Below, in pieces: positions 12,301-22,805 of a DNA stretch of 64,000 nucleotides. The notes under the pieces were generated by a model that worked only from the letters and a program-made list of their open reading frames with translations, was not told the origin of the DNA and searched no databases. The position numbers were made by a program, and so were the translations under genes. Within the stretch, counting starts at the first letter, position 1. Every line of letters starts with the position of its first letter. Source of the DNA: a candidate division FCPU426 bacterium (GTDB lineage Bacteria; Oederibacteriota; Muellerivitia; Muellerivitales; Muellerivitaceae); the NCBI GenBank assembly GCA_963796105.1, contig CAWCKJ010000006.1, positions 160,001-224,000 of the forward strand. Direction: 5' to 3'.

Positions 12301-13313
12301 GTAGGCGTGCTTGTAGAGGTTCGAGTGGCTGTATAGGTAGTAGTGGACGTATTGGTCGGAGTCGGCGTGGGGGTCGAACTTCGGGTGGGAGTAGGGGTAT
12401 TGGTGCGGGTCAATGTCGGGGTGAAAGTCGGGGTGTTTCCCGGGGTGAAAGTGCGCGTAAAGGTCGGTGTGGAACCCCCGCCTGTGACACAGCCGCTGTT
12501 GACATAGGCGTTGAACCCGCTTGCGACGAAGGGAATTCCCAGGGTTCTTAATTCGATGCCCGCTTCAATCGCTGCCAAATACCACGAGGTATTGACATAG
12601 CCCCTGGAGACGGAATCATTGATGAACGCCAGAAGGTTCAAATTGGACACGGAAGTGAAAGTGGCAGGGTTTCCCGCGGAATCGGCCGCTTGGTAGGACA
12701 TATAAGTCCAACCCAGGGTCGCGGATGGGGTTTCATAGAGGTTCCAGTAATTGCCGGCGAGAGATAATCCTTTAACCACCGTAACCGAATTCGCGGGTAA
12801 TGGCGTATCCCCCATGTATCCAAGCCAAAGCATGATTTCGGCGCCGCCGGTGTAGCCGTTGGTTGTATTGGTGGAGGTGCTGAACCAGACATCGTAGCCC
12901 GCGTCCCAGCTTCCGGTGTAGGTGGGGGTGAAATTGAAGCTTGTGGTGGCGCATGTGACGGCGCTGACCAACATGGGCAGGTTCGTGCCGGGACTGGCGG
13001 CTCCATAATGGCTTCCGTAATAGATATCCGGCCAGGTGGCCACATTGGGGTCACAGGCATTAGGGCCTTCCGTGACGCCGAAGTTCCCGGTGGTAGTGTC
13101 AAGGGTCACGCACTGGGTGCCGCCGCAGGTAGTCAAGTTCCAGAAATCGGTTTGCACGATGTAATTGTTACTGCAGGTCCAACTCGTGTATTGGACACAG
13201 CTTGATGCGGCGGCGCCATCGGCTGGGTGGGTGGAAAATTCAAGGAAGACCGCTAAAAACGCGGAAGCGAGAAGAAGCCTAAAGTTAAACGATTGGATGT
13301 AAGAATGTTTCAA
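9387..13313 (-). CDS. GH12-like glycoside hydrolase with ~940-aa T/P/S linker and C-terminal sorting-like domain
   Basis: [31 protein letters not shown]...LANGIYY...KLLILN; paralogue of 4000..7653. Confidence 0.88.
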   Translation of the reverse strand: MKHSYIQSFNFRLLLASAFLAVFLEFSTHPADGAAASSCVQYTSWTCSNNYIVQTDFWNLTTCGGTQCVTLDTTTGNFGVTEGPNACDPNVATWPDIYYGSHYGAASPGTNLPMLVSAVTCATTSFNFTPTYTGSWDAGYDVWFSTSTNTTNGYTGGAEIMLWLGYMGDTPLPANSVTVVKGLSLAGNYWNLYETPSATLGWTYMSYQAADSAGNPATFTSVSNLNLLAFINDSVSRGYVNTSWYLAAIEAGIELRTLGIPFVASGFNAYVNSGCVTGGGSTPTFTRTFTPGNTPTFTPTLTRTNTPTPTRSSTPTPTPTNTSTTTYTATRTSTSTPTNTSTSTSTRTYTATPTPTATPTPTTTATSTNTLTRTPTPTTTTTLTNTATFSSTPTRTSTPTSTSTRTNTPTPTSSATNTSTITATSTPTPTRTNTATPTPTATQSNTFTPTATLTPTNTLTRTSTPTLTSTPTATMTSTSTNTATPTSTATRTNTATPTPTATQTNTSTTTSTPTSSNTMTRTSTPTLTNTLTSTLTATSTNTATPTSTATRTNTPTPTFTFTSTATSTATATATFTRTSTPTTTNTSTATSTNSSTFTPTATRTNTPTPTVTSTNTVTSTPTATTTSTPTRTSSPTPSYTSTPSSTSTSTLTFTASATGTSTSTRTYTSTLTNTPTLTSTSTNTASFSPTPTRTNTPTPTATSTPTITPTPTATPTGTLSPTNTLTNTLTRTSTPTSTNSPTTTSTPTYSSTPTTTYTPTRTSTPTPTSTPTWTSTTTSTSTSTPSFTATPTATSTRTSTPTPTDTPTPTSTASFTNTSTSTPTPTHTNTPTSTATNTPTITPTPTSTSTGTQSPTNTPTITLTYTSTHTPTSSPTSTLTATLTNTSTSTSTSTATPTRTFTPTSTNTPTMTQTNTSTSTFSSTPTSTATATPSPTRTPTLTPTDTPTLTWTSTNTATFTPTPTHTFTLTPTSTNSPTLTPTPTDTPTGTQSPTNTPTLTFTHTSTLTLTSTPTDTPTPLNTSTPSPTYTSTWTWTFTSTNTPTLTSTRTYTNTPTSTFTATTTPSYTSTPTPTNTPSLTTTPTNSNTLTITPTSTDTPTGTLSPTDTPTVSMTPTVSFTATPTASPMPTSTLTSTQTPTVTFSPSNTPTPTPTNSYTPTNTPTFTLTTTSTLTATKTPSPTTTPSYTSTNTPSTTFTPASTSTSIPSITPTSTPSAPTSLRIYPNPHSGPDPIQVIAPILTISNLRIQIFTAAFRKVQDKEFKDVSPGQFVPVDPADKSGKPLANGIYYLYVQAGPCRWAVKLLILN

Positions 13314-13434
13314 AGAGAGTTCACTCGCTTGAAATATTTAGGTAATGAAAAACGTTTTAAATGCCCCTGTTTTATAGCAAAAGTTTTAGTTAAAACTTTG
13401 TTTGTTAATTGAAATCGATGTAATGATTGAAGGA

Positions 13435-13523
13435 ATTATACCATCAAAACTCACATACTTTTATTCGCTGAAGGAAATAGTCCGAAATTGGAAATTTTTC
13501 ATGACAACCTGAAACCGGTACCA
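13435..13523 (-). promoter_or_regulatory. Extended -10 plus LacI-type operator of the second GH12 gene
   Basis: TGGTATAAT (rc 13435-13443); TGAAACCGGTACCA 13510-13523. Confidence 0.55.
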
Positions 13524-13624
13524 TGAACCGCGATTTATTTCGATTTTTCGTTAAAACGAATTGAAAAACGGGGATGATTTTAGCAGGGTCTTTTTTGCCG
13601 GAAAATTATGGAGAGTCAGAGGGG

Positions 13625-15679
13625 CTACTTGTTGTTAACTCCACTCAAGGACTTGGCTTTGTTTGCGTATTGTTTGGCCAAGTCGGATAACCCCGCTTTT
13701 TTAAATGCGTCAACAAGTTCCTCTATGACTTTGGGTTTAACCGGATTTAAATTCGAGGCGGTCCGCAAAAGCTCAATAGCCTTGGATTTCATCCCCTTGC
13801 TCAGGTAAATCTCACCCAGTTTCAAATAATAAACAGGCTCTACGGGATTGAGAGTTGTCGCCTTTTGGAACCACTCGATCGCCTCATCCGGTTTTCCCTC
13901 CTGGCTGCAGACCGTCGCGAGATTGAGGAGGTAATCGGTGTTTTGAGGCTCCAGGGTGAATGCGGTCTTGAAAGCATCCTTGGCTTCCTCCCATTTTTTC
14001 AAAGACCAATAAGTCGCCCCCAAACTGTTGTGGTTTTCTGGAGCGTCTGGGTCCAACTTGACCACCGCGAGGATTTCCGCCAGAGCCTCCTGGTAGCGGC
14101 CCTGGTTCTGGTAGGCGTACCAAAGGTTACGGTGGGATGGGATATATTCGGAGTCCAGCGTCAAGGCGTATTTAAATTCCTTGACCGCCTCCTCGGCGCG
14201 GCCCTTGTAAAAAAGAACAGTCCCTATGCCGTTATGAGTCAGGGCCAGGGGCGGGGGTATGGCCGTGGCGCGGTTGAACTCGTCCATTGCTTCGTCCATC
14301 TTTCCGCTCTTGACATCGATGAGACCCAAATTCGTGAGGGCAAGGCCTGAATCATTCGGGTAGACACTCACCACGCATTTCCATAAGGAAAGTGAGTCTT
14401 TCCAAACGCCGATTTGCTTGACAGTCCCAAAGCCAAGCAATAGGACCAAAAGCGCCATTGCGGCCGTGAAATAAACCCGGCGGGGTGAAAGCCATTTCCA
14501 GAGTCCCGCTGACAAAAGAAGAAAGGGGCCAAGGCAGGGAAGGTATGTATAACGGTCGGCGGCGGTTTGGCTCCCGACTTGAATCAAACCCAAAACGGGA
14601 AAAAGGGTCGCGAGGAAATACAACCAGGCCGAGGAGAAATAAGGCGCTTTTTTCGCGTAACGATAGCAAAAGAAGCTGATCAGGCCAACAGCCAGAATCG
14701 CCAGGAAATCCTCGGCGAAATAAAAGGCGTCCATGTTTCGGGGGAAGGGATACAAAGGCACGAGGTTAAAAGGCGCGATCATTTTGTAGAGGTAAAAAAC
14801 AATGGAACGGCAGCAATTCATCAGCCAGAAGTGCTCCGGGATGTATTCCGGCGCCCGGCCCTTGACATGGGAAATCATGGTCACAAGTCCCGCCGGCAGG
14901 GTGAGGATGAAGAGGGGTATTTTCTCAACCAGGCTTTTGCGGGGTTCGGTTTGAAAGCGTCCCAGGGGCCAGAAGTCCAAAACCAAGAAAACTAGGGGCA
15001 GGGTCACGGCCATGGGCTTGGCCATGAAGGATAAAACGTATAGCCCCGCGCAGGCCCATAACAACGTCCGCTTCCTGGCGGGCGCCTGGGCGTACTTCAA
15101 ATAAACGAGAATCCCCAGGAGATAGAAGGGGGCGTAAAGCACGTCTTTCCGTTCGGTCGCCCAGGCGACGGATTCCACGTGGATGGGATGAAGGCCGAAA
15201 AGCAAGGCGGTCAATAAGGCAACCTGCGTTTCAAATGTCCGGTTCCCGGCGGTTTCAGGGTCTGGTGTTTTGCCGGCGGCCAGCCTCAGGATTTTCCAGC
15301 AAACCAGGAAAACCAGGAAAGTGTTGGCCGAGTGAAAAATCGAATTGGTGAGATGGAAGATTTTGGGGTTGAGCCCTCCCATCCGAAAGTCCAGGGCCAA
15401 GGACAACCAGGTCAGGGGAAGCCAATTGCCCGTGTAGAAGGTCGTCAGCATCCATTTGAGATTTTGAAGGCTCAAGGCGCGGATGTGGATGTTGCTGATG
15501 ATGGATTCCGAGTCGTCCCAATTCACGAGGCCGTTGTTGATGACAGGCAAATAAAACAGGAAGGCCGCAAGCGCTGGAAGGAGGGCGTAAATCCAAGGGA
15601 TGGGGGTTTTCACTGTCGGAACATTCATGACAGACGGGACTGGCGTTTTATTTACTGCATCGAAATTGGTTTGGTCCAT
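13625..15679 (-). CDS. TMTC-like GT-C membrane glycosyltransferase with C-terminal TPRs
   Basis: NWDD loop, HPIHVESVAWATERKD, ADRYTYLP, multiple TM helices, TPR array. Confidence 0.8.
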   Translation of the reverse strand: MDQTNFDAVNKTPVPSVMNVPTVKTPIPWIYALLPALAAFLFYLPVINNGLVNWDDSESIISNIHIRALSLQNLKWMLTTFYTGNWLPLTWLSLALDFRMGGLNPKIFHLTNSIFHSANTFLVFLVCWKILRLAAGKTPDPETAGNRTFETQVALLTALLFGLHPIHVESVAWATERKDVLYAPFYLLGILVYLKYAQAPARKRTLLWACAGLYVLSFMAKPMAVTLPLVFLVLDFWPLGRFQTEPRKSLVEKIPLFILTLPAGLVTMISHVKGRAPEYIPEHFWLMNCCRSIVFYLYKMIAPFNLVPLYPFPRNMDAFYFAEDFLAILAVGLISFFCYRYAKKAPYFSSAWLYFLATLFPVLGLIQVGSQTAADRYTYLPCLGPFLLLSAGLWKWLSPRRVYFTAAMALLVLLLGFGTVKQIGVWKDSLSLWKCVVSVYPNDSGLALTNLGLIDVKSGKMDEAMDEFNRATAIPPPLALTHNGIGTVLFYKGRAEEAVKEFKYALTLDSEYIPSHRNLWYAYQNQGRYQEALAEILAVVKLDPDAPENHNSLGATYWSLKKWEEAKDAFKTAFTLEPQNTDYLLNLATVCSQEGKPDEAIEWFQKATTLNPVEPVYYLKLGEIYLSKGMKSKAIELLRTASNLNPVKPKVIEELVDAFKKAGLSDLAKQYANKAKSLSGVNNK

Positions 15680-15792
15680 GGGGCATCTATGTTACCAATT
15701 TTGACGGCTCATACGCCATTCCTGATCAACGCAAAGCCCTGCCAAAAAAGTATTTCAGGGAGAGTGCATTAAAGCGTGTCTCTATTTGGGGT

Positions 15793-17235
15793 TTAACGGA
15801 AGATAAGCCATTTCAAGACGATTTTATCCGCGGGAGTCGTCACAACAACGTAGTAAAGCCCGTTGGCGAGGGGATTGCCTCCTTGGTCCTGGCTGTAAAT
15901 CGGAATCCCATTTCCAAGCGTCCATGAGGGATAATTCCATTCCGCGACTTTCCTGAAGGCCAGGGAGTAAACGGACACTTGGAGGTTTTCAATGAAGGAT
16001 GGATTCGTGGGATTGATGTTGATGTAAGAAGGCGCGGAAGGATTTCCCAGCCCCGTCCAGGGATTGGGGTAGATGATAGGTTTGTTGATGACAGCCGTTG
16101 GGTTGGTGGGTGTCGCGGTTGGAGGTGGGATTGGGGTGTTCGTGAGAGTAGGGGTCGCGTTGGGCGGGGCTGTGTAAGTATCCGTGGGAGTGAAAGTAGG
16201 CACGTCGGTCGGCCAAGGAGTTGGGCTATTAGTGATGGTGGGGGTAGCCGTTGGAGTCGGGGTCGATGTGAAGGTTCCCGTGAAAGTTCGCGTGAAGGAT
16301 GGGGTGAAACTGTGAGTGATGGTGGGTGTATAGGTGATGGTCGGTGTGTTGGTTTGGGTTTTGGTGGCTGTAGGGGTTGAAGTGGGCCCTGTGCCGCATC
16401 CGTTGTTGACATAAGCCGAGAAACCGGAACTGGTGTAGTTGAAAGTAGAACCGCCAGAGTGGATCTCAACTCCCGCCTCAATCGCAGCCAGGTACCAGGA
16501 TGTGCTGATATATCCGCGGCTAACCGCGTCGTTGAAAAAATTCAAAAGGTTCAGATTAGTAACACCTGCTCCTATAGTTGAGACAATGGGTTCATAGGCG
16601 ATATAGGTCCAGCTGGGGTTTCCGACCGCGCCCTCCCAAACATAAAAGTTGTATCCATCGATAGAGACGGTGGTTTTCTCTGCGCCGGCGGGGCTGGCGT
16701 TGTTATAATTCAGCCAAATCATCATTTCGGCGCCGCCGGCATATCCATTGTTGGTATCGGTGGAGGTACTAAACCAGATGTCGTAGGCCACGTCATAGTT
16801 TCCCATGTTAATGGTGTAATTCCAGCTGGAGGTGGCGCAGGTGACGGCGCTCACCAGCATCGGCAAGTTGGTGAAATTACTGCAATTCCCGAAATGGCAG
16901 CCATAGTAGATGGAGGGGTAAGTAGCCACATTGTTGCCGCAACTGGAAGTGAATTCCGTAACGGAAAAATCCCCGTTCGCGGTATTGACGTTCATGCATT
17001 GAGTGCCTGGACAGCCGGTATTCCAGTAATTTTCCTGCACGGTATAGGATGGGGAATTTGTGGTGTACCAAGGGTATTGACCGCCCTGTGTGACACACAT
17101 ATTGGATATTTGCGCTTGAACCGGTTGGTAAGAAACCCCAATAAGTCCTGCTATTAAGAAGAATCCTATGAAAGCTCTTAAGAAAGTCCTGGAAATCGTT
17201 TCGGCTAATAAAACAACATTCATTCTCATGTTCAT
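15793..17235 (-). CDS. GH12-like glycoside hydrolase with short PT linker and C-terminal domain
   Basis: YYGCHFG, YDVAYDIWF, GAEMMIW, IEAGVE; IYPNP...LANGLYY...KWLIFR. Confidence 0.88.
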   Translation of the reverse strand: MNMRMNVVLLAETISRTFLRAFIGFFLIAGLIGVSYQPVQAQISNMCVTQGGQYPWYTTNSPSYTVQENYWNTGCPGTQCMNVNTANGDFSVTEFTSSCGNNVATYPSIYYGCHFGNCSNFTNLPMLVSAVTCATSSWNYTINMGNYDVAYDIWFSTSTDTNNGYAGGAEMMIWLNYNNASPAGAEKTTVSIDGYNFYVWEGAVGNPSWTYIAYEPIVSTIGAGVTNLNLLNFFNDAVSRGYISTSWYLAAIEAGVEIHSGGSTFNYTSSGFSAYVNNGCGTGPTSTPTATKTQTNTPTITYTPTITHSFTPSFTRTFTGTFTSTPTPTATPTITNSPTPWPTDVPTFTPTDTYTAPPNATPTLTNTPIPPPTATPTNPTAVINKPIIYPNPWTGLGNPSAPSYININPTNPSFIENLQVSVYSLAFRKVAEWNYPSWTLGNGIPIYSQDQGGNPLANGLYYVVVTTPADKIVLKWLIFR

Positions 17236-17345
17236 CCAAAATTCTCCGCTCTCTTAAGTTTTATTCCGGGTTATATCAGTCGGGGCAAGCCCGCGGTGGG
17301 AATAATGAGAAACGAATTATAAATAAATCATCCGTTTCTTACATC

Positions 17346-17400
17346 ATTATACCATTCAATAACGGAAATCTCGGGCAAGGTATTAATGAAACCGTTTCCA
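17346..17400. promoter_or_regulatory. Extended -10 and LacI-type operator between divergent GH12 and GH74 genes
   Basis: TGGTATAAT (rc 17346-17354); TGAAACCGTTTCCA 17387-17400. Confidence 0.5.
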
Positions 17401-17656
17401 CGGCCGCTTGAGTGTTCTAAGCCGAAATGACAAAACCATTCAATCCCTGTTCATACTCCGGATTTTTGTCGGTTACTTATATAAATTAGATAGAGGCCTA
17501 CCTGGTGGAATATGAATTTCATGGTTCCACGGGTATAATCCCGCGGTTATCATTCGTCTTTATTCCTCGTTGTCTTAACGCCTGGGATTTAGACGGGAAC
17601 AACAGGAAATTGAATCGGTCACATTATCCGACAACTTCATTAAAGGCTTTAATGCT

Positions 17657-20284
17657 TTGCGATCCTACAATTTTAAAATCTTTAAAATTTTCGTTCTTCT
17701 CCTCTCGATGGGTTTGGGATGTTCCGATGTCCTGGCTCAAAGTTATACCTGGAACAATGTTGTCATCCTGGGGGGAGGGTACGTGTCCGGGGTGGATTAC
17801 AGCCCCGTGTCCCAGGGACTTCTTTATGCCCGAACTGACATGGGGGGACTCTACCGATGGGATAACTTCCACCAGGTTTGGATACCCCTCACGGACTTTC
17901 TCGGCGATTGGAACCTCTACGGGGGGGAAAGCATCGCCCCGGACCCGGTGAACGCCGATAACGTCTATGCGGCCGTCGGCGAGACTTACAACAACACGGA
18001 TGGATACATCCTCGCCTCCTCCAACCAGGGCGATAGTTGGACCCAGTATTCCATTCCGGTTTTTATCGGCGGGAATAACGACGGGCGCAACGCCGGGGAA
18101 CGTCTGGCCGTTGACCCGAACTCGAACAACATCCTTTATTTCGCCTCCCGGAGCAACGGCCTTTGGAAAAGCACCGACTCCGCGGCCGTTTGGAACCAGG
18201 CCGCCAGTTTCCCCGTGAGCGGGGACGCGGGTTACGGCTTGAGCTGGGTGATTTTCCTTCCGGGGGGGAACCCCTCATCCGGGGCCGAAACCCTTTTCGT
18301 GGGCGCGGAGGCCATGAACTCGGGAAACAGCAACCTCTATTGTTCCGTGAACGCGGGGGTCAGCTGGGCTCTCGTTCCTGGCGGTCCCGTCGATATGGTC
18401 CCCCCTCACGCGTCCCTCGGGACCGACGGGAACCTGTGGATTGCTTATGACGGAGGGGGATACGGCCCCAACGGTGTCACCCGTGGCCAGGTTTGGAAGC
18501 TGAACACCTCCACATTGGCTTGGACCCAGCTCACCCTGCCCGGACCTCCAACCGGGAAGGGGGGATACGGGGGCATTTGCGTTGATCCCGAAAACGCCCA
18601 ACATGTTGTGGTCTCCACTTTGGATTGGTGGAGCGGCCCAGACCATATCTACATGACCTCCAACGGGGGTGTCAGCTGGTCCGTCATCGGCAATATGGAT
18701 TTGGGATGGAACTCGGGACCCTACGAGAATTACGACCCCACCAGCGCCCAGTGGGCCTATTTCTGCGGGTCAAGGGTATCGGGGTTAGGCTGGGAATCCG
18801 ACGTCAAGATCGACCCCTTCAATTCCAACAACGCCGTCTACAACACGGGAGGGGGTGTTTGGGCCAGCGCGAATATTAACGCCTCGGCCGTGACCTGGAC
18901 CTTCACCAACCAGGGCCTGGAGCAAACGGCCCAGACCGACATGACCTCCTCGGCGGCGGGAGGGGTTCTCTTCAGCGCGATGGGGGACATCTCCGGGATG
19001 CGCCACACGAACCTCGGACAATCCCCCTCGGGGGGAATGTACTGTAACCCGGAAATGAGCACCACTGACGCCATTGATTACGCGGAGCTCAACCCCAATA
19101 TCGTGGCCCGGGAGGGACACGGCCTGTCGGTGAGTTCCCAAGCCGGCGGCTATTCCACCAATAATGGGGTGAGTTGGACGCCTTTCGCCACAAATCCCAC
19201 CGGATATTCCACGGGCAATCCCAACGGTGTGATCTCGGTGGCCGCGGATGGGAGCGCGATTCTCTGGGCGGTACCAGGGTATCCACCGGCTTATTCCACC
19301 AACTACGGCGCGAGTTGGACGGGAAGCACGGGCCTGTCCACGGGGGTGACCTACCAGACCGCCTCGGACCGGGTGAACGGGAATATTTTCTACTGCGTTT
19401 CCAAATCGGGAAACACGCTTTACGTGAGCGCCAATGGCGGGGTGAGCTTCTCCGCCGCGGGAACTTACGCGGGGAGATTATCGTCCAACCGGCCCAGGGC
19501 CGTTTTTGGGATCGCCGGGGAAGTCTGGGTGCCGACCCAGAGCGGCCTTTACCGCTTCACGAACGTGGGCCTTGGGCCCGTGACCACCACTCAAATCGCC
19601 AATGTCTCAGGGGCCTCCGCCGTGGGTTTCGGGATCTCGGCCAACGGCGCGCCCCCGGCCTACCACCCGGCCGTCTATTTGGGGGGAACGGTGAATGGGA
19701 CCTATGGTTTCTACCGCAATGACGATGGAACCGGGGCCTCTTGGACCCGGATTAACGACGCCAATCACCAGTACGGCGGGGCTGAATTCGCGGAGGGGGA
19801 CGAAACAGTTTATGGCCGCATGTACATCGGCACCAATGGCCGGGGTATTTTATACGGGGACATCTATATGACACCCACCAGCACCCCGACCCCGACCCCC
19901 ACCCCTTATCCCTGCGGGTATCCCGGAAACACCTGCACCCCGACGCCCACGCACACTTTCACGTCCACCCCCACGCCCACGAAGACTTTTTTACCCCTGC
20001 CGGACTCAAGGCATCCCTTGATCTACCCGAATCCCTTGAGGGACCAAAGCCCCCTGCAAATATTCGTGCCTTTCACCGGCACGGCGGATGTGACGGTCAA
20101 GGTATTTACCACCACCTTTAGGATGATCGGGGAAAAAACGTTCCGGGCTGTCCCGGCTGGTGAAAGCGTGGAGTTGAGCACGAATGACTCGTGGGGCAAA
20201 GCGTTATCCAACGGGCTTTATTACATCGTTGTCACGACGTCCCAGGGGATCAAGTGCCATGGAAAATGGCTCGTCTTGAGATGA
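17657..20284 (+). CDS. GH74 xyloglucanase with PT linker and C-terminal domain
   Basis: GGGYVSG, YARTDMGG, GERLAVDP, MGDISG, YIGTNGRGILYG; IYPNP tail. Confidence 0.92.
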   Translation: MRSYNFKIFKIFVLLLSMGLGCSDVLAQSYTWNNVVILGGGYVSGVDYSPVSQGLLYARTDMGGLYRWDNFHQVWIPLTDFLGDWNLYGGESIAPDPVNADNVYAAVGETYNNTDGYILASSNQGDSWTQYSIPVFIGGNNDGRNAGERLAVDPNSNNILYFASRSNGLWKSTDSAAVWNQAASFPVSGDAGYGLSWVIFLPGGNPSSGAETLFVGAEAMNSGNSNLYCSVNAGVSWALVPGGPVDMVPPHASLGTDGNLWIAYDGGGYGPNGVTRGQVWKLNTSTLAWTQLTLPGPPTGKGGYGGICVDPENAQHVVVSTLDWWSGPDHIYMTSNGGVSWSVIGNMDLGWNSGPYENYDPTSAQWAYFCGSRVSGLGWESDVKIDPFNSNNAVYNTGGGVWASANINASAVTWTFTNQGLEQTAQTDMTSSAAGGVLFSAMGDISGMRHTNLGQSPSGGMYCNPEMSTTDAIDYAELNPNIVAREGHGLSVSSQAGGYSTNNGVSWTPFATNPTGYSTGNPNGVISVAADGSAILWAVPGYPPAYSTNYGASWTGSTGLSTGVTYQTASDRVNGNIFYCVSKSGNTLYVSANGGVSFSAAGTYAGRLSSNRPRAVFGIAGEVWVPTQSGLYRFTNVGLGPVTTTQIANVSGASAVGFGISANGAPPAYHPAVYLGGTVNGTYGFYRNDDGTGASWTRINDANHQYGGAEFAEGDETVYGRMYIGTNGRGILYGDIYMTPTSTPTPTPTPYPCGYPGNTCTPTPTHTFTSTPTPTKTFLPLPDSRHPLIYPNPLRDQSPLQIFVPFTGTADVTVKVFTTTFRMIGEKTFRAVPAGESVELSTNDSWGKALSNGLYYIVVTTSQGIKCHGKWLVLR

Positions 20285-20404
20285 GAAATCCTAGGCTCTG
20301 ACCATCCTGCCTCCCGCGATCCCTTATTTATTTTCCAAACCCTGCCAAATAAAAGCCGGTATGATGGTATTGATTCCCCCACTATTCTTAATGGAGAAAT
20401 ATGA

Positions 20405-21142
20405 ATGAGCACACCCCTCTGGAATAAAAAAACGAAATGCCCATTTTGCCGCGCGGAATTCGAGACCACCCGAATGCGCGCCTCGGTCATCAAGATCAAG
20501 GAGAAGGAAACGGATTTCGGGAATATTTACGAGGATGAATGCGCCTATTTGTACGCCATCACCGCCTGCCCGAATTGCACCTACGCCGCCCGCAACGAGG
20601 AGTTCGAGAAAGTCCGGGTGGAGTACGAGCCGAAGATCATGGAAGCCACCAAAAAGATCAGGAGTTCCGGAAAGAAAAAACCGGATATTTTCCAGCTGGG
20701 TTCCAGTACCCCAGCGGTGGCGGCCGTCCGCCACGAACTGGCCATCGCCTTTTTAAAAAGGCGGAATTTCCTGGACCGGGGCGCAATGGCCGGCCTTTGC
20801 ATGCACCTGGTCTGGATTTACCGCCTGGCCAAGGACCGTGAAAAGGAGATGGCCGCCATGGCCGAGGCCGCCAAGGCTTACCAGGATTTCCATGAGAACG
20901 GGGGAGACCTGCCGGAGAAACTCGGGGAGCCGGGAATCCTTTACCTGATCGGGGAATTGAACCGCCGCCGGGGCTTGTTCAAGGAAGCCAGGCGCTTTTT
21001 CGAGAGGGCCCTGGCCAGCAGGGATATCCGCAATTACCCCCGCATCGCCAACATGATCCGCGACATGATGCTGATCGCCAAGCGCCAGATGGAAAATGAG
21101 GCCATGGCGGCCTCCGAGGCTGAAATGGAAGGGACCGCGTAA
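20405..21142 (+). CDS. DUF2225-family protein (Zn-binding CxxC pairs, TPR-like C-terminus)
   Basis: CPFC...CPNCTYA, WIYR, YLIGELNRRRG. Confidence 0.8.
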   Translation: MSTPLWNKKTKCPFCRAEFETTRMRASVIKIKEKETDFGNIYEDECAYLYAITACPNCTYAARNEEFEKVRVEYEPKIMEATKKIRSSGKKKPDIFQLGSSTPAVAAVRHELAIAFLKRRNFLDRGAMAGLCMHLVWIYRLAKDREKEMAAMAEAAKAYQDFHENGGDLPEKLGEPGILYLIGELNRRRGLFKEARRFFERALASRDIRNYPRIANMIRDMMLIAKRQMENEAMAASEAEMEGTA

Positions 21143-21169
21143 TCCGGCGGTCGGAAAACCGCGGGTAAA

Positions 21170-21634
21170 ATGAACTCATCGTCAGTTGAAAAAATCATTT
21201 CCGGGGGACAAACCGGCGCGGACCGGGAGTCGCTGGATTGGGCTATCCTTCACAATATTCCGCATGGGGGATGGTGTCCCAAGGGACGAAAGGCGGAGGA
21301 TGGAAGGATTCCGAACAAGTACCTGCTCCAGGAAACCCCCTCGGCTGATTACGCGGAAAGAACCGAAAGGAATACGCGGGATTCGGATGCCACGATCATC
21401 CTGACTGTTTTTCCGGTCTTGACGGGCGGGTCGCTCCTGACTGCCAGGCTCGCTTCCGAACACTTCAAGCCCTGGATTCAACTATCCTGGGGAGGGGACA
21501 GCCTTCGATTGTTCCGGGAATTTTTAGCCTTCCACCAGCCCAAAATCCTGAATGTGGCGGGACCCAGGTTGAGCCAGGCGCCGGAGATCGGAAGATGGGT
21601 TCGCTTAGCCCTGGACCACGGCCTGGGAAGATAA
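21170..21634 (+). CDS. Putative molybdenum cofactor carrier / SLOG-family protein
   Basis: KIISGGQTGADR, GGWCPKGR.AEDG, LNVAGPR. Confidence 0.85.
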   Translation: MNSSSVEKIISGGQTGADRESLDWAILHNIPHGGWCPKGRKAEDGRIPNKYLLQETPSADYAERTERNTRDSDATIILTVFPVLTGGSLLTARLASEHFKPWIQLSWGGDSLRLFREFLAFHQPKILNVAGPRLSQAPEIGRWVRLALDHGLGR

Positions 21635-21685
21635 ATTTTTATGCATAAATACAAAGCATCTGTGGTCTATTGATTTTTTTAATCT

Positions 21686-21829
21686 TCCCCCTCTGAAAGA
21701 GGGGGATAGAGGGGAAGTTAGCCTCTGGGTGTTACTCAACAAAAGCTAATACTCCCCGCCCAAAGGCGCTCATAGGGAAAACCCCCTATGGTACCCTCAA
21801 ACCGCAAGGCCCCTTTTTCAAAGGGGGGA
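21686..21829. repeat. REP-like palindrome cluster
   Basis: CCCCCTCTGAAAGAGGGGG, CATAGGG..CCCTATG and CCCCTTTTTCAAAGGGG hairpins between convergent genes. Confidence 0.55.
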
Positions 21830-21932
21830 TATCTTTGTAAACATCGAATCGGATAAGTACTTGCCGAACCTGATTAAATCCCATGTATCCCATGCATCTG
21901 TGGCTAAAGTCTATTTTAGACTGGTGTGACTT

Positions 21933-22625
21933 TTATTGAAGCATTCCCCTGAAGGGGTCCACGTGGGCCGTGTCCAGCATGATCTTGAAACCAACCCTAA
22001 TGGAATAGACCTTGGTCAAACCCTGCCAAAAAATGAAATGATCCATGCCTTCCGCGTAGAGGAACCATTGTTTCCTGTCCCAAAGGGGAAAGTCCATCCC
22101 CACTCCCACATTGGCTGATAACAACACGTCCAGGGGATTTCCGTAAAAATTGCCTTTGTCCGGCTTGGGGTATGGGTCCACCACCATATCCATCCCGATC
22201 CCGCCGACCAGGTAAGGGGCGGTGTTGAAGTGATGGCGGTTGAAATCATATTTGTCGTTTAAATACCACCGCGCGTTCACGGTGAGGGCGAAGTCATCGG
22301 TGGGCTGGACTTGGATGATAGTGACGGGATTGGGGTTGGAATTGAGGTTGAGGTTAATGTCGTGGTTGGGCATGGTGATGACCTGGCTCGGCATGGAGTT
22401 GTAATCGAAACCCCACAAGCCGTCCCAGCGGTTGGAGAGGCCGATCCCGAACCAAAGCCCGCCCTCGGGATAGGGAATTCCATTTCCCAGGAACCCGGTG
22501 CATTCACTTCCGCCCAGCTGGCCCAAGAGGCTGAAGTTGGGGATTTCCAGATCCTCCGAGGCTCCCGCGGACCGCGAAACGGCGAATAGCAATATAAAGA
22601 GGACAGGTAAAAGGAAATTTTTCAT
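21933..22625 (-). CDS. Secreted protein, probable small outer-membrane beta-barrel
   Basis: Signal peptide; APYLVGGIG, ANVGVGMDFP and RVGFK beta-strand patterns. Confidence 0.55.
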   Translation of the reverse strand: MKNFLLPVLFILLFAVSRSAGASEDLEIPNFSLLGQLGGSECTGFLGNGIPYPEGGLWFGIGLSNRWDGLWGFDYNSMPSQVITMPNHDINLNLNSNPNPVTIIQVQPTDDFALTVNARWYLNDKYDFNRHHFNTAPYLVGGIGMDMVVDPYPKPDKGNFYGNPLDVLLSANVGVGMDFPLWDRKQWFLYAEGMDHFIFWQGLTKVYSIRVGFKIMLDTAHVDPFRGMLQ

Positions 22626-22805
22626 GGGTTTATTTTACGTTGAAAGACGTTTTTTTGCAGGATAAAGGACCGATGCCTGTGAAGAAGGCATTAAGCATGG
22701 ATAAATTCTTATGTCTTTCGCTTGATTGAAGACTTGGAAAACAACCCATAGCTGCCCAAATAAAACAAAATCAATGGAACAAAGATAATCAAAATCAAGT
22801 TTTTG

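Noticed and set aside
4478..12336. Val/Gly-rich + strand ORFs
   Set aside because: They are antisense shadows of the Thr/Pro linkers.
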